A stretch of DNA of 64,000 nt, from contig CBDCJH010000001.1 in assembly GCA_965217775.1 (NCBI GenBank), positions 1-64,000 on the forward strand. The letters are read 5' to 3'. The number at the start of each line of letters is the position of its first letter. Position 1 is the first letter of the stretch. The notes beneath the pieces were generated by a model that searched no databases, had not been told where the DNA came from, and worked only from the letters and a program-made list of their open reading frames with translations. Below, piece after piece: positions 46,929 through 57,420 of this stretch. Source of the DNA: Acidobacteriota bacterium (lineage in GTDB: Bacteria > Acidobacteriota > UBA6911 > RPQK01 > JAJDTT01). The position numbers were made by a program, and so were the translations under genes.

Positions 46929-48757
46929 TGAGAATACCTCCTTTCCGGGCGGGAGGCGAACTCCTGCTCCATCCGGGTCACGGCGTCCCGGGCGCTGGCC
47001 ATCAGGTCCTGCATTTCCTGCTCGGCGGAGGAAGAGGGCGCGAACTGCTTCAGGTCACAGATCTGAAGACAATCGAAATAGCCCGCGAGGGATTCTTCCG
47101 AGACTCCTCTCGCCCGCAAGGACTCCTTGACCTCCTGACTGACCATTCCGGCTTGGGCCAGGTTGAGCTTGTCGGCAAGATAGCCCGTGAGCGCCTGTCC
47201 CACGGCCTGATAGAACTTCTTCTCGGCGCCCCCATCCAGATGGGCCTGGGCTTGGGCCAGTCTCTTCCGGGAGACGCGGCGAGCCCGCCGGGCCCGCGCG
47301 TAGGCTACGTCTCCCTTGAGCCGCATCAGATGCCGCCTGTAACCGACGGCGCCCAGAAGGCAAAACAGGGGCAAAGAGAAGGGAATCCAGAACCGCTGGG
47401 CCGTCAGCAAGGACTCCCCGGTCTTGCGGAATGGACCGGACCCGATCTTGATGAACCGGATATCCTGTCCCAGCAGCTTCACCTCCTGGCGGGAGAGCCC
47501 TCCTTCCGCCGCTTCCGCCAAGTGATCTCCTGGCGCCACATGGACCGACAACTCGGGAGCGCGGCTGATCCGGTAGGCGCCCTCGACCGGGTCGAAGTAC
47601 GCCAGCTTCACCGGCTCCAACCGCACCGGACCGGGACGGCGGGGAATGAGCACGTATTCGTAGGTCTTCTCTCCCGAGATCCCGCTCGGATCCCGTCGGA
47701 TCTGCTGCTCCATCTTCGGCGGGTAGACTTCGAAGCTGGAAGGGAAGGAGATTTGGGGTTCGCTCAGTCCGGAAAGATTGCCGCTGCCGGAAATCCGAAC
47801 CTTGTAGGTCAGAGCCTTGTTGACCTTGACCTGAGACTTGTCCAATTGACCAGCAATGGAGAAACTTCCCACGGCGCCCTGGAATTCCGGGGGCCTGCCC
47901 TCCTGGGGCAAGGGCAGGACTTGCACCCGAAGCGAATCGGAAGCCAGTTGCCGGGTCACCTCCCGGCCGAAGAGATCACCGCTGAAAAAGCCTCGGAAGG
48001 GGTCCCGGGAGACGCCTCGGGACCGGACCCGGCATTCTAGGACCAGGGGGCCGACCTCCTTTTCCCCAGCGCCGGTGGGGAAAAGCGCCATCCTCTTGAT
48101 CAGCGCCACCCTATATCGCCGTCCGTCGATCACTTCCTCGGTATGTGGCTGCCGGGTCTGCGGATAGTCTTCCACCCAGAATCCAGCCGTCTCCGGCTGC
48201 TTGGAGATCCCGTACGAGGAAACGCTGACACGCGTATAGATCTTGTAAGTCACCACCAGGGCCTGGTTCTCGTAGATGCGCTCCCGGTCGGCCGTTGCAC
48301 GCACAAAGAGATCGGATTGGGCAGCCGTGCCCGCCGGCCGGCGGTCGCCACGAGGAGTGGGCGCCGGTCGACCGGTGCCGCCGATCCGGATCCGAAGAGG
48401 GGCCGTTTTATGGACCCTGCCGTCCAGTTGCACTTGGACCGCGCCGATCTCGAACTCCCCTTCCCGGGTCGCCTGAAAATGGAAGCTGAAGGTCCTGGAC
48501 GTGGACATGCGTCCGTTCACCAAGCGAAACTGCTGTGAACTCCTACGTCCCAGGAACGCGGCAAACTTCTCCATCGGGGGCAAGCGCGGTTCTCCGGATC
48601 CGGAGGCGCCCCTGCCCGAAACTTCCACCGAAAGCGTGAACTGCTGGCCCACAAAGACGGAGGTACGGTCCAGAAACGCCCGGACGGCCGGGTCCTGACC
48701 GCCTGCCGGTCCGCAAAGCAGGACCGCCGCCAGAAGTGTTCCGCAAAACTTTCTCAC
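46925..48757 (-). CDS. batD: BatD family protein
   Basis: SSQQFRLVNG, F.GAVG.F, SG.GNL, FEVYPP, EYVLIPR, YFDP. Confidence 0.88.
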   Translation of the reverse strand: MRKFCGTLLAAVLLCGPAGGQDPAVRAFLDRTSVFVGQQFTLSVEVSGRGASGSGEPRLPPMEKFAAFLGRRSSQQFRLVNGRMSTSRTFSFHFQATREGEFEIGAVQVQLDGRVHKTAPLRIRIGGTGRPAPTPRGDRRPAGTAAQSDLFVRATADRERIYENQALVVTYKIYTRVSVSSYGISKQPETAGFWVEDYPQTRQPHTEEVIDGRRYRVALIKRMALFPTGAGEKEVGPLVLECRVRSRGVSRDPFRGFFSGDLFGREVTRQLASDSLRVQVLPLPQEGRPPEFQGAVGSFSIAGQLDKSQVKVNKALTYKVRISGSGNLSGLSEPQISFPSSFEVYPPKMEQQIRRDPSGISGEKTYEYVLIPRRPGPVRLEPVKLAYFDPVEGAYRISRAPELSVHVAPGDHLAEAAEGGLSRQEVKLLGQDIRFIKIGSGPFRKTGESLLTAQRFWIPFSLPLFCLLGAVGYRRHLMRLKGDVAYARARRARRVSRKRLAQAQAHLDGGAEKKFYQAVGQALTGYLADKLNLAQAGMVSQEVKESLRARGVSEESLAGYFDCLQICDLKQFAPSSSAEQEMQDLMASARDAVTRMEQEFASRPERRYSQ

Positions 48758-49638
48758 CAGTCCTTCTCTACCTTCACGGTTCCCGGGCGCAATTCGAGTT
48801 TCTTTTTGATTCCCGCCTGAGCCTGAGCCAGGGCCTCCAGCAGTCGCTCGGCCTCTTCCCGAGACATGGGCTGAGAGCCCTCGGGAGAGGCCTGGGTCTG
48901 ATCCTCCCGGGGAGGTTCCTGTTGCTGGTCGCCGGAGGCGCGAGATTTCTCGTCCCTGTTTTCCTGCGGGTCCCCAGGGCGCTGTTGAGGCTCTTCGGAA
49001 TCCTGCCGGTCATTCTGATCCCGGGACTGCTGCCCCTCTTCCTGCGGGTCCCGGCCCTCCTGATCTTCCGGCCGGTCCTGCCGGCCCTGCTCTGACTGAT
49101 CCTCGCCGTCGGACTGACCCTCGTCCTGGTTCTTATCCTTGTCCTTTTCCTGATCTCCGTCTCCCTGCTGGTTCTGGTTCTTCTGCTGCTGTTGCTGCTC
49201 CTGCAACTGCTTGAGTACGAATTCCAGATTGTGCTTGGCGTCCCGGTCCCCGGGAGCCACCTTCAGAGCTTCCCGGTAGGCACTCAGGCTCTCTTGGAGC
49301 TTGCCCTGGCGATAGAGCGAGTTGCCCAGATTATACTGGGCCCGGGACTTGATCTCGGGATCCTCCGACTGCAGCGCCTGGGAGAAGGAATCGGCGGCAT
49401 CCTCCATCTCTTCTTTCTTGAAGTGCGCATCCCCCAGATTGAAACGGATGGCCGGGGAATCCGGGCTCTCTTCCAGTGCCTCCCGGTACAGCTCCAGAGC
49501 CTTGTCGTAGTCTCCTTCCGAGAAATTCCGGTTCCCCTCCAGAACTTTCTCCCTGCCGGCCTGACTCCAGAGAGGCTGGGAGCCGGACAGCAGTCCCGCC
49601 AGCAACAGTCCCGCGAACAGACGACGAAACCCGATCAC
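48754..49638 (-). CDS. batC: BatC-like TPR protein with Gln-rich linker
   Basis: FNLGDA, YNLGNSLY, DAKHNLE, Q/E/D-rich tract, AERLL, EKDW end. Confidence 0.85.
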   Translation of the reverse strand: MIGFRRLFAGLLLAGLLSGSQPLWSQAGREKVLEGNRNFSEGDYDKALELYREALEESPDSPAIRFNLGDAHFKKEEMEDAADSFSQALQSEDPEIKSRAQYNLGNSLYRQGKLQESLSAYREALKVAPGDRDAKHNLEFVLKQLQEQQQQQKNQNQQGDGDQEKDKDKNQDEGQSDGEDQSEQGRQDRPEDQEGRDPQEEGQQSRDQNDRQDSEEPQQRPGDPQENRDEKSRASGDQQQEPPREDQTQASPEGSQPMSREEAERLLEALAQAQAGIKKKLELRPGTVKVEKDW

Positions 49639-50666
49639 CGAAAACGCCCTCTCCAGACTCTGTCGACTCGCCGCCGCTCGGCCAACAGGACATCGGCCAG
49701 CAACAGCACCAGACCCAGCAGGACCGGAATCTGAAACCGCTCCTCATATTGGGCCACCTGGATGGAGGCGAGCTGCTTCTTGTCCATGGCGGCCACTTCT
49801 CCGTAGATCCCCTCCAATTCCGACTCGCCGGGGGAGGCCCGGTGATAGGTGCCTCCCGTCTCCTCGGCCAGTTCTCGAAGCGTGCTCTCGTCCAGCCGCG
49901 TCATCACCACTTCGCCTGACCTGTTCTTCTTGAAACCCTGGGCGCGGCCTTCGGAATCGAAGACCGGTATGGGAGTTCCCTGCATCGACCCGATTCCGAC
50001 GGCGTGGATGACCACTCCCTGGCCGGCCGCCTCCCGGGCCACCTCCAGGGGCCGTCCCAGGTGGTCTTCGCCGTCGGTGATCAGAATCATCACCTTGTGC
50101 TTCTTCTCCTCGGCCGAGAAGAGCTCCATCCCCTTGCGCAGGGCTTCGCCCAACGCCGTTCCCGGCACCGGTATCGACTCCGGACCCATGGAAACCAGCA
50201 GCGTCCTGGCCGCTCCGTAGTCGAGGGTCAGGGGACATTGGACGAACGCTTCTCCGGCGAACCCCACAAGCCCGATGCGGTCCCCCTCCAGCAGGCCGAT
50301 GAGCGTTCCGATGGCGTGCTTGGCCTTTTCCAGGCGGTTCGGCTGGATGTCCCGGGCCAGCATGGAGGCGGACAGATCCAGGACCACCACCAGATCCTGT
50401 CCCTCTCTTTCCACCGTCTCCAGACGGGTCCCGAACTGGGGCCGGGCCAGACCGCCCAACAGCAGGCCGGCGGCGGCCACCACCAGAAGCCCCTTCGACC
50501 ACTGCCGCCGGCTGCTGGAGTTCCCGGTGAGCCGGGGCGCCATGTGGGGGCCCACCAGGACCTGGATCCCGCGCCGCTTGCGCCGGATTACCCAGAACAG
50601 AAAAGCCAGCAGCAGCGGCAACAGAACCAGCAAATGCAGTAACTGCGGTTCACCGAACCGAAACAA
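49635..50666 (-). CDS. batB: BatB-like VWA protein
   Basis: LARPQFG, DLSASM, PNRLEKAK, CPLTLDY, ITDGEDH. Confidence 0.88.
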   Translation of the reverse strand: MFRFGEPQLLHLLVLLPLLLAFLFWVIRRKRRGIQVLVGPHMAPRLTGNSSSRRQWSKGLLVVAAAGLLLGGLARPQFGTRLETVEREGQDLVVVLDLSASMLARDIQPNRLEKAKHAIGTLIGLLEGDRIGLVGFAGEAFVQCPLTLDYGAARTLLVSMGPESIPVPGTALGEALRKGMELFSAEEKKHKVMILITDGEDHLGRPLEVAREAAGQGVVIHAVGIGSMQGTPIPVFDSEGRAQGFKKNRSGEVVMTRLDESTLRELAEETGGTYHRASPGESELEGIYGEVAAMDKKQLASIQVAQYEERFQIPVLLGLVLLLADVLLAERRRVDRVWRGRFR

Positions 50667-50693
50667 GATCCCTTCCCTCTGGTCTGTCTGGTT

Positions 50694-51686
50694 TCACGGT
50701 ATCTTGCGAAACCAGGTTCCGGAGAGTCCCAGCTCGCCCAACAGAATCACGACGGCCAGGGCCAGCGGATAGGGGAACAGCTCTCCGTATTGAGTGTATT
50801 GGTTCACCTTGATCTCGCTCTTTTCCAATTCGTCGATCTCACGGTAGATCTCCTCCAGGCTCTCACGATCCGTGGCCCGAAAATATCGCCCGCCCGTGGT
50901 GTCGGCGGCTTGTCGGAGAGCCTCTTCGTCGATGTCGACCCGGATCCGGGTCTGGCGCCGGCCGAAGACGGGGTCGTCCACAGGATAGGGGGCCGCGCCC
51001 CGGGTTCCGGCTCCGATGGAATAGATGCGGATTTCGAAGGCCTGAGCCATCTGGGCCGCGGTGGCGGGGTCGATCTCTCCAGCGTTGTTGCGGCCGTCGG
51101 TGAGCAGGATCAACACCTTGGACTCGGCTTCGCTCTCCTTGAGCCGGCCGACGGCGGTGGCGATGCCCATGCCCAGGGCGGTCCCGTCGTCCAGCAGGCC
51201 CACCTTCAGCTCGTCCAGAAAATCCAGAAGGATCCCGTAGTCCAGGGTCAAGGGACACTGGACGAACCCGTGACTGGCGAAAACCACCAGCCCGATACGG
51301 TCGTTGGTCCGGCGGCGGATGAAGTCGGCAGCGACCTGCTTCGCCGCCTCGATCCGGTCCGGCTCGATGTCCTGCGCCAGCATGGAACTGGACAGATCCA
51401 ATGCCAGCACGATGTCGATCCCTTCCGCCGTCACCTCCTCACGGGTGGCGCCACTCTGGGGCCGCGCCGCCGCGAGAACCAGAAGCCCCAGGGCGATCAA
51501 CCGAAGGGCGAAAAGAAAATGGCGGGAACGGGCCGCCATGGGCTTGTAGGCCTTCTTGAGAGATCCCACGTGCGGAAACCGCAGACTGGAGTTCCGGCGG
51601 CCCGCCCGCCTCAGGGTCCAGACCAGGATCAGGGGAAGGATCAGCAGCAGGCTGAGAAACCAGGGATCCGCGAAACGGTACGACAT
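50694..51686 (-). CDS. batA: BatA-like VWA protein
   Basis: ARPQ, DLSSSM, DRIGLVVF, DGTALG, LTDGRNNAG, YFRA. Confidence 0.9.
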   Translation of the reverse strand: MSYRFADPWFLSLLLILPLILVWTLRRAGRRNSSLRFPHVGSLKKAYKPMAARSRHFLFALRLIALGLLVLAAARPQSGATREEVTAEGIDIVLALDLSSSMLAQDIEPDRIEAAKQVAADFIRRRTNDRIGLVVFASHGFVQCPLTLDYGILLDFLDELKVGLLDDGTALGMGIATAVGRLKESEAESKVLILLTDGRNNAGEIDPATAAQMAQAFEIRIYSIGAGTRGAAPYPVDDPVFGRRQTRIRVDIDEEALRQAADTTGGRYFRATDRESLEEIYREIDELEKSEIKVNQYTQYGELFPYPLALAVVILLGELGLSGTWFRKIP

Positions 51687-51753
51687 GGTCAAATCTCGGG
51701 GCAAAGCGAAATCAGGTCGTCGATCCCCAATTGTCCGAATCGAGGTTCTCTAT

Positions 51754-51911
51754 CAGTCCGTGGTGAAAGTCCCGCGAGCACCGAGACCGTTCCTGCGCCC
51801 GCCGGACAAGGCGCGATTCGGGTGCATACCGGGAGTATGTGCCCGAATCGCAACGCAGTCCGCCGGGATGCAGGGACGGTCGAATGCCGTGGCGACTTTT
51901 GCCACGGGCTG
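51754..51911 (-). mobile_element. 158-bp MITE, copy 3, with CTAT target duplication
   Basis: Reverse complement of copies 1 and 2 with a few substitutions; CTAT at 51750-51753 and 51912-51915. Confidence 0.9.
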
Positions 51912-52017
51912 CTATGGCCCCAGGGGTCCACTCTACCGGTTTCGGACCCGCCGGCGGTCAGCTTTGAACTCCCACTCGGTGGGAGAATCCGTGCGGCCGT
52001 GATCCTGCACACGATCC

Positions 52018-52338
52018 TCATCCGAGAACCCACAGGAGGGCCGCAACTATCCCCACGATGCCGGCGGCTTGTATTGCCAGGGCTCGATAGATCCGAGATT
52101 CCAGATCGCGGATGGTCGATTCCAGGGCCTCGCTCGTGGGACGCGACGCAATAGCCTCCCGGATCTGAGCCAGGTCGTCGTGCAGGGTCGTCGTGGCCTC
52201 ATCGAATGCTTGGCGCACAGCTGCCGCATCGATGCCGGACCCTGTGTCTTTGCCCATTCGCTTGTCAATGACTTTCGTAACGGCCGTGACAACAGCGTCG
52301 ATCAGAGCCCCAAGCAAAATCGGGGGAACAAGAACCAT
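52018..52338 (-). CDS. Small coiled-coil protein with C-terminal TM helix (DUF1640-like)
   Basis: GGAGG RBS; ...IRDLESRIYRALAIQAAGIVGIVAALLWVLG. Confidence 0.5.
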   Translation of the reverse strand: MVLVPPILLGALIDAVVTAVTKVIDKRMGKDTGSGIDAAAVRQAFDEATTTLHDDLAQIREAIASRPTSEALESTIRDLESRIYRALAIQAAGIVGIVAALLWVLG

Positions 52339-52349
52339 GATGACCTCCT

Positions 52350-53345
52350 CTAATGTGTATCGTCTTGCCCGTAGCGGCGATCCCCTGGCTGACGATCACC
52401 GGTCTCCGGCGCGGACTGCGGGGCGGCCGATAGGACCGGTTCCGCCGGGCGGGTGACCTCCAGAATCCGGAAGGCCAGCTTCGTCACTCGCTCCTGCTCC
52501 GGGACCGGGGGGACATATTTGGCGAATTTGACCAGGTCACAGCAAGGGAAGAAGTCCCGAAACAGTTGCAGCTCATCCAGGGCGAGAGCCATCTTCCGCA
52601 GTTGGTCCAGGACCTGCGTGGTCGTCGATTCCATGGCTTGAATCGGATACCGCCGTTCCAGGTAGCGGCGGATGATCTCCGAGAGCCGGGTGAAATAGGG
52701 CTTGAGCCGACCCTCTTCCAGAAGTCCCGAATCCCGCAGGCGGCAGAGCGCCTGATACGCCTCGTCATACGGCGAGAGCCGGGGTTTGCGGGATACCGCT
52801 GATGGAGCCTCTCCGCCCCTCCGGCGAAGATACAGGAGGATCAGGGCCGCCAGGCCCAGGGCGGCGGCGAACCAGGGCCACAGCGACCAGAGGCTTCGCG
52901 GAATCTCCAGCGGTCCCTTGATGTCGAGGATGTCCTTGGAATCGTCCGACAGAGTGCTCTCGACCCGAATCGAATGCTCCTGGGTCCGGACCGAGCCGGC
53001 TTGGATCCCGTCGCCACGGTAGGTCACCGGGACCGGCGGAATCTCGAAACTGCCCGGTTCATAGAGAGCCAGAGTGTAGGCCACGGTCCAGGTCCGATTT
53101 CCTTCCTCCTCGACCGGACCCGCGACCTCCTGGCCGAGGACCTCGAACTCGCCCAAGTCAGGGTCCGCTTCCGGCAGATCCACTTCCACGCCGGGGACCG
53201 CCGTCACCGTCAGGGTGAAGCGAATCGGATCCCCCACCGTGACCTGGGTCAGATCCACCTGGGAATCCAACTGGACGGGGGGTTGTCCCCGCAGCACCAG
53301 CAGGCAGCAGATCAGGATCGCAATTGAGATGGCATTGTGTCTCAT
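52350..53345 (-). CDS. BatD-related membrane protein of the MoxR/Bat operon
   Basis: VTVGDPI, DILDIKGP, TM helix, LSEIIRRYLE, E.TT, DLVKFAK. Confidence 0.8.
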   Translation of the reverse strand: MRHNAISIAILICCLLVLRGQPPVQLDSQVDLTQVTVGDPIRFTLTVTAVPGVEVDLPEADPDLGEFEVLGQEVAGPVEEEGNRTWTVAYTLALYEPGSFEIPPVPVTYRGDGIQAGSVRTQEHSIRVESTLSDDSKDILDIKGPLEIPRSLWSLWPWFAAALGLAALILLYLRRRGGEAPSAVSRKPRLSPYDEAYQALCRLRDSGLLEEGRLKPYFTRLSEIIRRYLERRYPIQAMESTTTQVLDQLRKMALALDELQLFRDFFPCCDLVKFAKYVPPVPEQERVTKLAFRILEVTRPAEPVLSAAPQSAPETGDRQPGDRRYGQDDTH

Positions 53346-54223
53346 CGCCGCAGTCGCCGGCTCCGGGTCCGGAAGAACCGGATCAACAACTCCAGATAGC
53401 TCCGGTTGGAATCCACCTCGATGCTGTCGACGCTGATGGAGTTGAGAAAGCTCCTGAGCTCCTCGTCCTCCCGGAGAACCTGGGCCTTGAAAGCCTCTCG
53501 AACCTCGGGGTCATTGGTGTTGAGGATCAGTTGCTCTCCCGTCTCGGCATCCTCGAACTCGACGAAACCCACTCGCGGAAGTTCCCGTTCCCTGGGGTCC
53601 CGGACCCGGATGGCCACCACGTCATGCCTCCGGTTGGCGACCCGGAGCCCGCGCCGGAAACCGTCCGCGAGGAAGTCCGACACCAGGAACACGATGCTTC
53701 TTCGGCGGATCACCCGCATCAGGTACTCGAGGGCCAGACCGATGTCGGTGGCGTGATGCCGGGGCTGGAAATACAGCAACTCCCGCAGGACCCGGAGCAC
53801 GTGGGAGCGGCCCTTGCGGGGGGGCACGAATTTCTCGATCCGGTCGGTGAAGATGATCAGGCCCACCTTGTCGTTGTTCTTGATGGCGGAAAACGCCAGC
53901 AGAGCGCAGATCTCGACGGCGACCTCTCCCTTCATTCGCTCCCCGGACCCGAACTCTCCCGAGAGGCTGGCGTCGACCAGGAGCATCACCGTCAGGTCCC
54001 TCTCCTCGTCGAACAGCTTGACGTAGGGACGATCCATCCGGGCCGTCACGTTCCAGTCGATGGTCCGGACGTCATCCCCGATCTGGTACTCGCGGACCTC
54101 GGCAAAGCTCATGCCTCGTCCCTTGAACACTGAATGGTATTCGCCCGAAAAGACATTGTTGACCAGACCTCGAGTGGCGATCTCGAGACGGCGAACCTTG
54201 CGCAGGATCTCTCGTGGAATCAT
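53342..54223 (-). CDS. DUF58 domain protein
   Basis: SVFKGRGMSFAEVREYQ.GDDVR.IDWNVTAR, LVDAS.S, SDF. Confidence 0.93.
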   Translation of the reverse strand: MIPREILRKVRRLEIATRGLVNNVFSGEYHSVFKGRGMSFAEVREYQIGDDVRTIDWNVTARMDRPYVKLFDEERDLTVMLLVDASLSGEFGSGERMKGEVAVEICALLAFSAIKNNDKVGLIIFTDRIEKFVPPRKGRSHVLRVLRELLYFQPRHHATDIGLALEYLMRVIRRRSIVFLVSDFLADGFRRGLRVANRRHDVVAIRVRDPRERELPRVGFVEFEDAETGEQLILNTNDPEVREAFKAQVLREDEELRSFLNSISVDSIEVDSNRSYLELLIRFFRTRSRRLRR

Positions 54224-54304
54224 CTCAGCATGAATTCAATAGACCGATTCCGCATTCCGGAAACGGCGATACGTGCCATAGACATCGGACAAAAGGGTCG
54301 AAGA

Positions 54305-54329
54305 GGGCACCCACAAGGGGTACCCCTAC
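54305..54329 (-). repeat. GTAG-family REP-like palindrome
   Basis: Reverse complement GTAGGGGTACCCCTTGTGGGTGCCC. Confidence 0.7.
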
Positions 54330-54384
54330 GCTGCCACCAATTTATTTCCGGCATTCGCTGGTCCTCGCCCCGGGGGGGACGTTC

Positions 54385-55374
54385 CTATGGTACTTCTACG
54401 TTGTTCAGGACCTTCCGGACCACGTCCTCGGCCGTCACCTCTTCGGCTTCCGCCTCGTAGGTCAGAATGACCCGGTGCCTGAGGACGTCCATGCCGATAG
54501 CCCGAACGTCTTCCGGAGTCACGTAGGCGCGATGGTCCAGGAAGGCGTGGGCCCGGGCCGCCCGAGCCAGAAAGATGGAGGCTCTGGGAGAAGCCCCGAA
54601 ATTGACGAGATCGACCAGCTCGTCCATTCCGCACTCCCCGGGCGTTCGTGTCGCGAAGACGATGTCGACGATATACCGTTGAATCTTGGTGTCCATGTAG
54701 ATTTCCTGCACCGCGGCCCGGGCGCGTCGGACCTCCTCCGGCGACACGACGGGTCCGGCCTCGGGAACGACGCTTCCGGACATGCGGCGCATGATCTCCA
54801 ACTCTTCCATTCGCGACGGATACCCCACCGACAACTTCAACATGAAGCGGTCGACTTGTGCCTCGGGAAGGGGGTAAGTGCCCTCCTGCTCGATGGGATT
54901 CTGGGTCGCCAGAACCAGGAACGGGTCATCCAGGGGATAAGTGGTCTCGCCGATGGTCACGGTCCGCTCCTGCATGGCCTCCAGCAGAGCCGACTGGACC
55001 TTGGCCGGTGAGCGATTGATCTCGTCAGCCAGAATCAGGTTGGAGAAGATGGGTCCCTTCTTGGTCTTGAAGGTCCCGTCGCTCTGATCGTAGACCAGCG
55101 TGCCGATCAGATCCGCGGGGAGCAGGTCGGGCGTGAACTGAACCCGTTGAAACCCGGTGTCGATGGTCTGGGAGAGGGTCTTGACCGTCAGGGTCTTGGC
55201 CAGACCGGGCACCCCCTCCAGCAGCACGTGCCCATTGGTGAGAAGCCCGATGAGCAGGCGCCGGACCATATATTCCTGGCCCACGATCACCTTGGAAACC
55301 TCGTCGAGGATTCGCTCCACCACGACACTCTCGGCATCGATTCTTCGCTGGATTTCTCGGATCTCGATGTTCAT
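54385..55374 (-). CDS. moxR: MoxR family AAA+ ATPase
   Basis: GVPGLAKT, QFTPDLLPAD, LADEINR, ATQNPIEQEGTYPLPEAQVDRF. Confidence 0.96.
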   Translation of the reverse strand: MNIEIREIQRRIDAESVVVERILDEVSKVIVGQEYMVRRLLIGLLTNGHVLLEGVPGLAKTLTVKTLSQTIDTGFQRVQFTPDLLPADLIGTLVYDQSDGTFKTKKGPIFSNLILADEINRSPAKVQSALLEAMQERTVTIGETTYPLDDPFLVLATQNPIEQEGTYPLPEAQVDRFMLKLSVGYPSRMEELEIMRRMSGSVVPEAGPVVSPEEVRRARAAVQEIYMDTKIQRYIVDIVFATRTPGECGMDELVDLVNFGASPRASIFLARAARAHAFLDHRAYVTPEDVRAIGMDVLRHRVILTYEAEAEEVTAEDVVRKVLNNVEVP

Positions 55375-55485
55375 CTTGGATGGTTCCGCTTTCTTTACTT
55401 CTCGAGGGAAAATGGGATTCTCAGACTTCAAAATATTTCACGACGGCCTCTGGAGGCGAGTTCCACTAAACCGGGAAAACGATGC

Positions 55486-55510
55486 GTAGGGGCGGCCCTT
55501 GTGGCCGCCC
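55486..55510 (+). repeat. GTAG-family REP-like palindrome
   Basis: GTAGGGGCGGCCCTTGTGGCCGCCC. Confidence 0.7.
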
Positions 55511-55547
55511 GTTTCAACAGGTGGTATGCGAGGAGGCAACAACAGCG

Positions 55548-56591
55548 TCAGCCCACAGAAGCCACGGCCTCTCGAACCAGCCGCTTGAGGGTGGCCAGAT
55601 CCTTACCGATGGACTCCAGAACCCGATCCCGGTCCATGGTGAGTCGACGGCTGCCACGCTCGGCGCCGCCGAGGGAGTATTCGCAGTGAAGGCTGATTGG
55701 ACCTGCGAAACCCGATTTCAGCAATAGGGCCAGAAAGGGACGGATGGGAACCATGCCCTCGCCCAGGGGACAGTTTTCCACCCGCCACCCCTCGGATGTT
55801 TCCTTCCATCTGAAGTCTTTCACCACCACGGTGTGGATTCGGTCGGCCAGAGCCCTGAAGTTGGTGGGCCAGGCGAGCCCCCCTTCCACGGTGGCGTGAC
55901 GAATGTCGAACTGGCAACCGAGCCAGCGCCGGGGGAATCCCTCCAACGCTTGACGCAGGTCCCACAATGCCGCTCCAAAATGGGAAGCGCCGGCGTGGTT
56001 CTGATAGTCGCCGCAGATCTCGAACCTGCGATTTAGATCGGCCAAGCCGGCGAGATTTCTTCTGATCTGCGCCAGCGTCTCCGACATGTCCTTGTCTTCC
56101 GGGTAGCGATAGTACCCCAGCCGATAGTAAGGGATCCCCAGTCCACTGGCGGTCTCCAGGATCTCCCGCGTGCCCGCTCCTTCCGGGTCGGTAATGGCCG
56201 TCGTTATCGTGGACACGCGGACACCCGATTCCGCAACAGCCGACACGGCCCGGGGAAGATCCGTTGTCACCTTCCCGGGCAGAACATGCCCTGAAGGACG
56301 GACGGTGAGGTCGACTCCGTCAAAGCCCAACTGGGACACGGCCACGCCCAATTCCGGGTAGTCCAGCCACTGCAGGTGCTTGGAGAAGATGCAGTACGTC
56401 CACTCGGGGACGGCGGGACTCCGGCCGCGAGCGAAAGGATTGCCTCGGACCGACTTCCCGGAGACCGCCAGAAGACCGGTTCCCAGGCCGGCAAGGAATT
56501 CCCGTCGTCCGGTTCGTTCAGTCTTAACTCGACCGCAGCTCATCGACGCCTCGCGTTCTTCATTTGGAGCACTACCATCTGGAAACACCAT
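55548..56591 (-). CDS. Sugar phosphate isomerase/epimerase with Tat signal
   Basis: GRREFL; FSKHLQ, GFDGVDLTVR, YQNH, FDIRHATVEGG, VKDF, SLHCEY; start uncertain. Confidence 0.85.
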   Translation of the reverse strand: MVFPDGSAPNEEREASMSCGRVKTERTGRREFLAGLGTGLLAVSGKSVRGNPFARGRSPAVPEWTYCIFSKHLQWLDYPELGVAVSQLGFDGVDLTVRPSGHVLPGKVTTDLPRAVSAVAESGVRVSTITTAITDPEGAGTREILETASGLGIPYYRLGYYRYPEDKDMSETLAQIRRNLAGLADLNRRFEICGDYQNHAGASHFGAALWDLRQALEGFPRRWLGCQFDIRHATVEGGLAWPTNFRALADRIHTVVVKDFRWKETSEGWRVENCPLGEGMVPIRPFLALLLKSGFAGPISLHCEYSLGGAERGSRRLTMDRDRVLESIGKDLATLKRLVREAVASVG

Positions 56592-56678
56592 GATAGGCTA
56601 TCGGGCCATTTCGACCGTTGCCGTCCGATTCTACACTGGACCGGCCGCGGACAAGGAAGGATTTCGACGGAGGAGAAC

Positions 56679-57374
56679 ATGTCCCTGCTTCAGACCTTGA
56701 ACCGTCTCGTCGAATACGACACGGCATTGCTCGCCAACACCATCGGATACATCGATCCGTCTCCGCCTGAGGAGTTTTACATGTCGGGCGCCATTCAATC
56801 GGTCACCCCTTCCTTGGGACCCAGCGTCGGAGTGGCCGTCACCTGCAAGCTGGACAGCAGCACGCCGGGAAGGCAATCGGACCTGAGCGGGTTCTGGGAG
56901 ATGGTGGACCGGATCGACAAGATGGAAGAGCCCGTGGTGTGGGTGTGCGAGGCGGTCGGCTCCAGGCCGGAACACGAGTGCGTGTTCGGCGACGGAATGG
57001 CCAAAGCGCTGCACACTGCCGGTTGCAGCGCCCTCGTCACCAACGGCGGGGTCAGAGACATTCCCGGACTGATGAGCATTCCCTTCGCAGCCTATGCGCG
57101 AGGCCTCACCATCCACCACTGCGCGCTGACGGTCTCGGGGGTGAACGAGCCGGTTCAGGTCGGCGGGATTCAGGTGACCCCGGGCGACGTCATCCACGCC
57201 AACAACGAGGGGGTCATCAAGATCCCCGCGAGCTGCCTCCAGGTTCTGCCTGAGAAAGCGGGACAGATGCTCGTCTTCGAGAAGGAGGCGCACGAGATCA
57301 TGCGCCGGCCCGATCTACCTCCTCTGGAGAAACCGAAACAGACCGCCCAACTGTTGAAGAAGTTCGGATTCTGA
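56679..57374 (+). CDS. RraA/HMG aldolase family protein
   Basis: GVAVT, FGDGMA, VTNGGVRD, VTPGDVIHANNEGV; GGAGGAG RBS. Confidence 0.88.
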   Translation: MSLLQTLNRLVEYDTALLANTIGYIDPSPPEEFYMSGAIQSVTPSLGPSVGVAVTCKLDSSTPGRQSDLSGFWEMVDRIDKMEEPVVWVCEAVGSRPEHECVFGDGMAKALHTAGCSALVTNGGVRDIPGLMSIPFAAYARGLTIHHCALTVSGVNEPVQVGGIQVTPGDVIHANNEGVIKIPASCLQVLPEKAGQMLVFEKEAHEIMRRPDLPPLEKPKQTAQLLKKFGF

Positions 57375-57420
57375 CGCGGCGAATATCGCCTGCCTGCGGC
57401 AGACGCCTCGAACGACTCCA

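Noticed and set aside
48900-49210. CAG-rich low-complexity tract
   Set aside because: The normal Gln/Glu/Asp-rich linker of BatC-type proteins.
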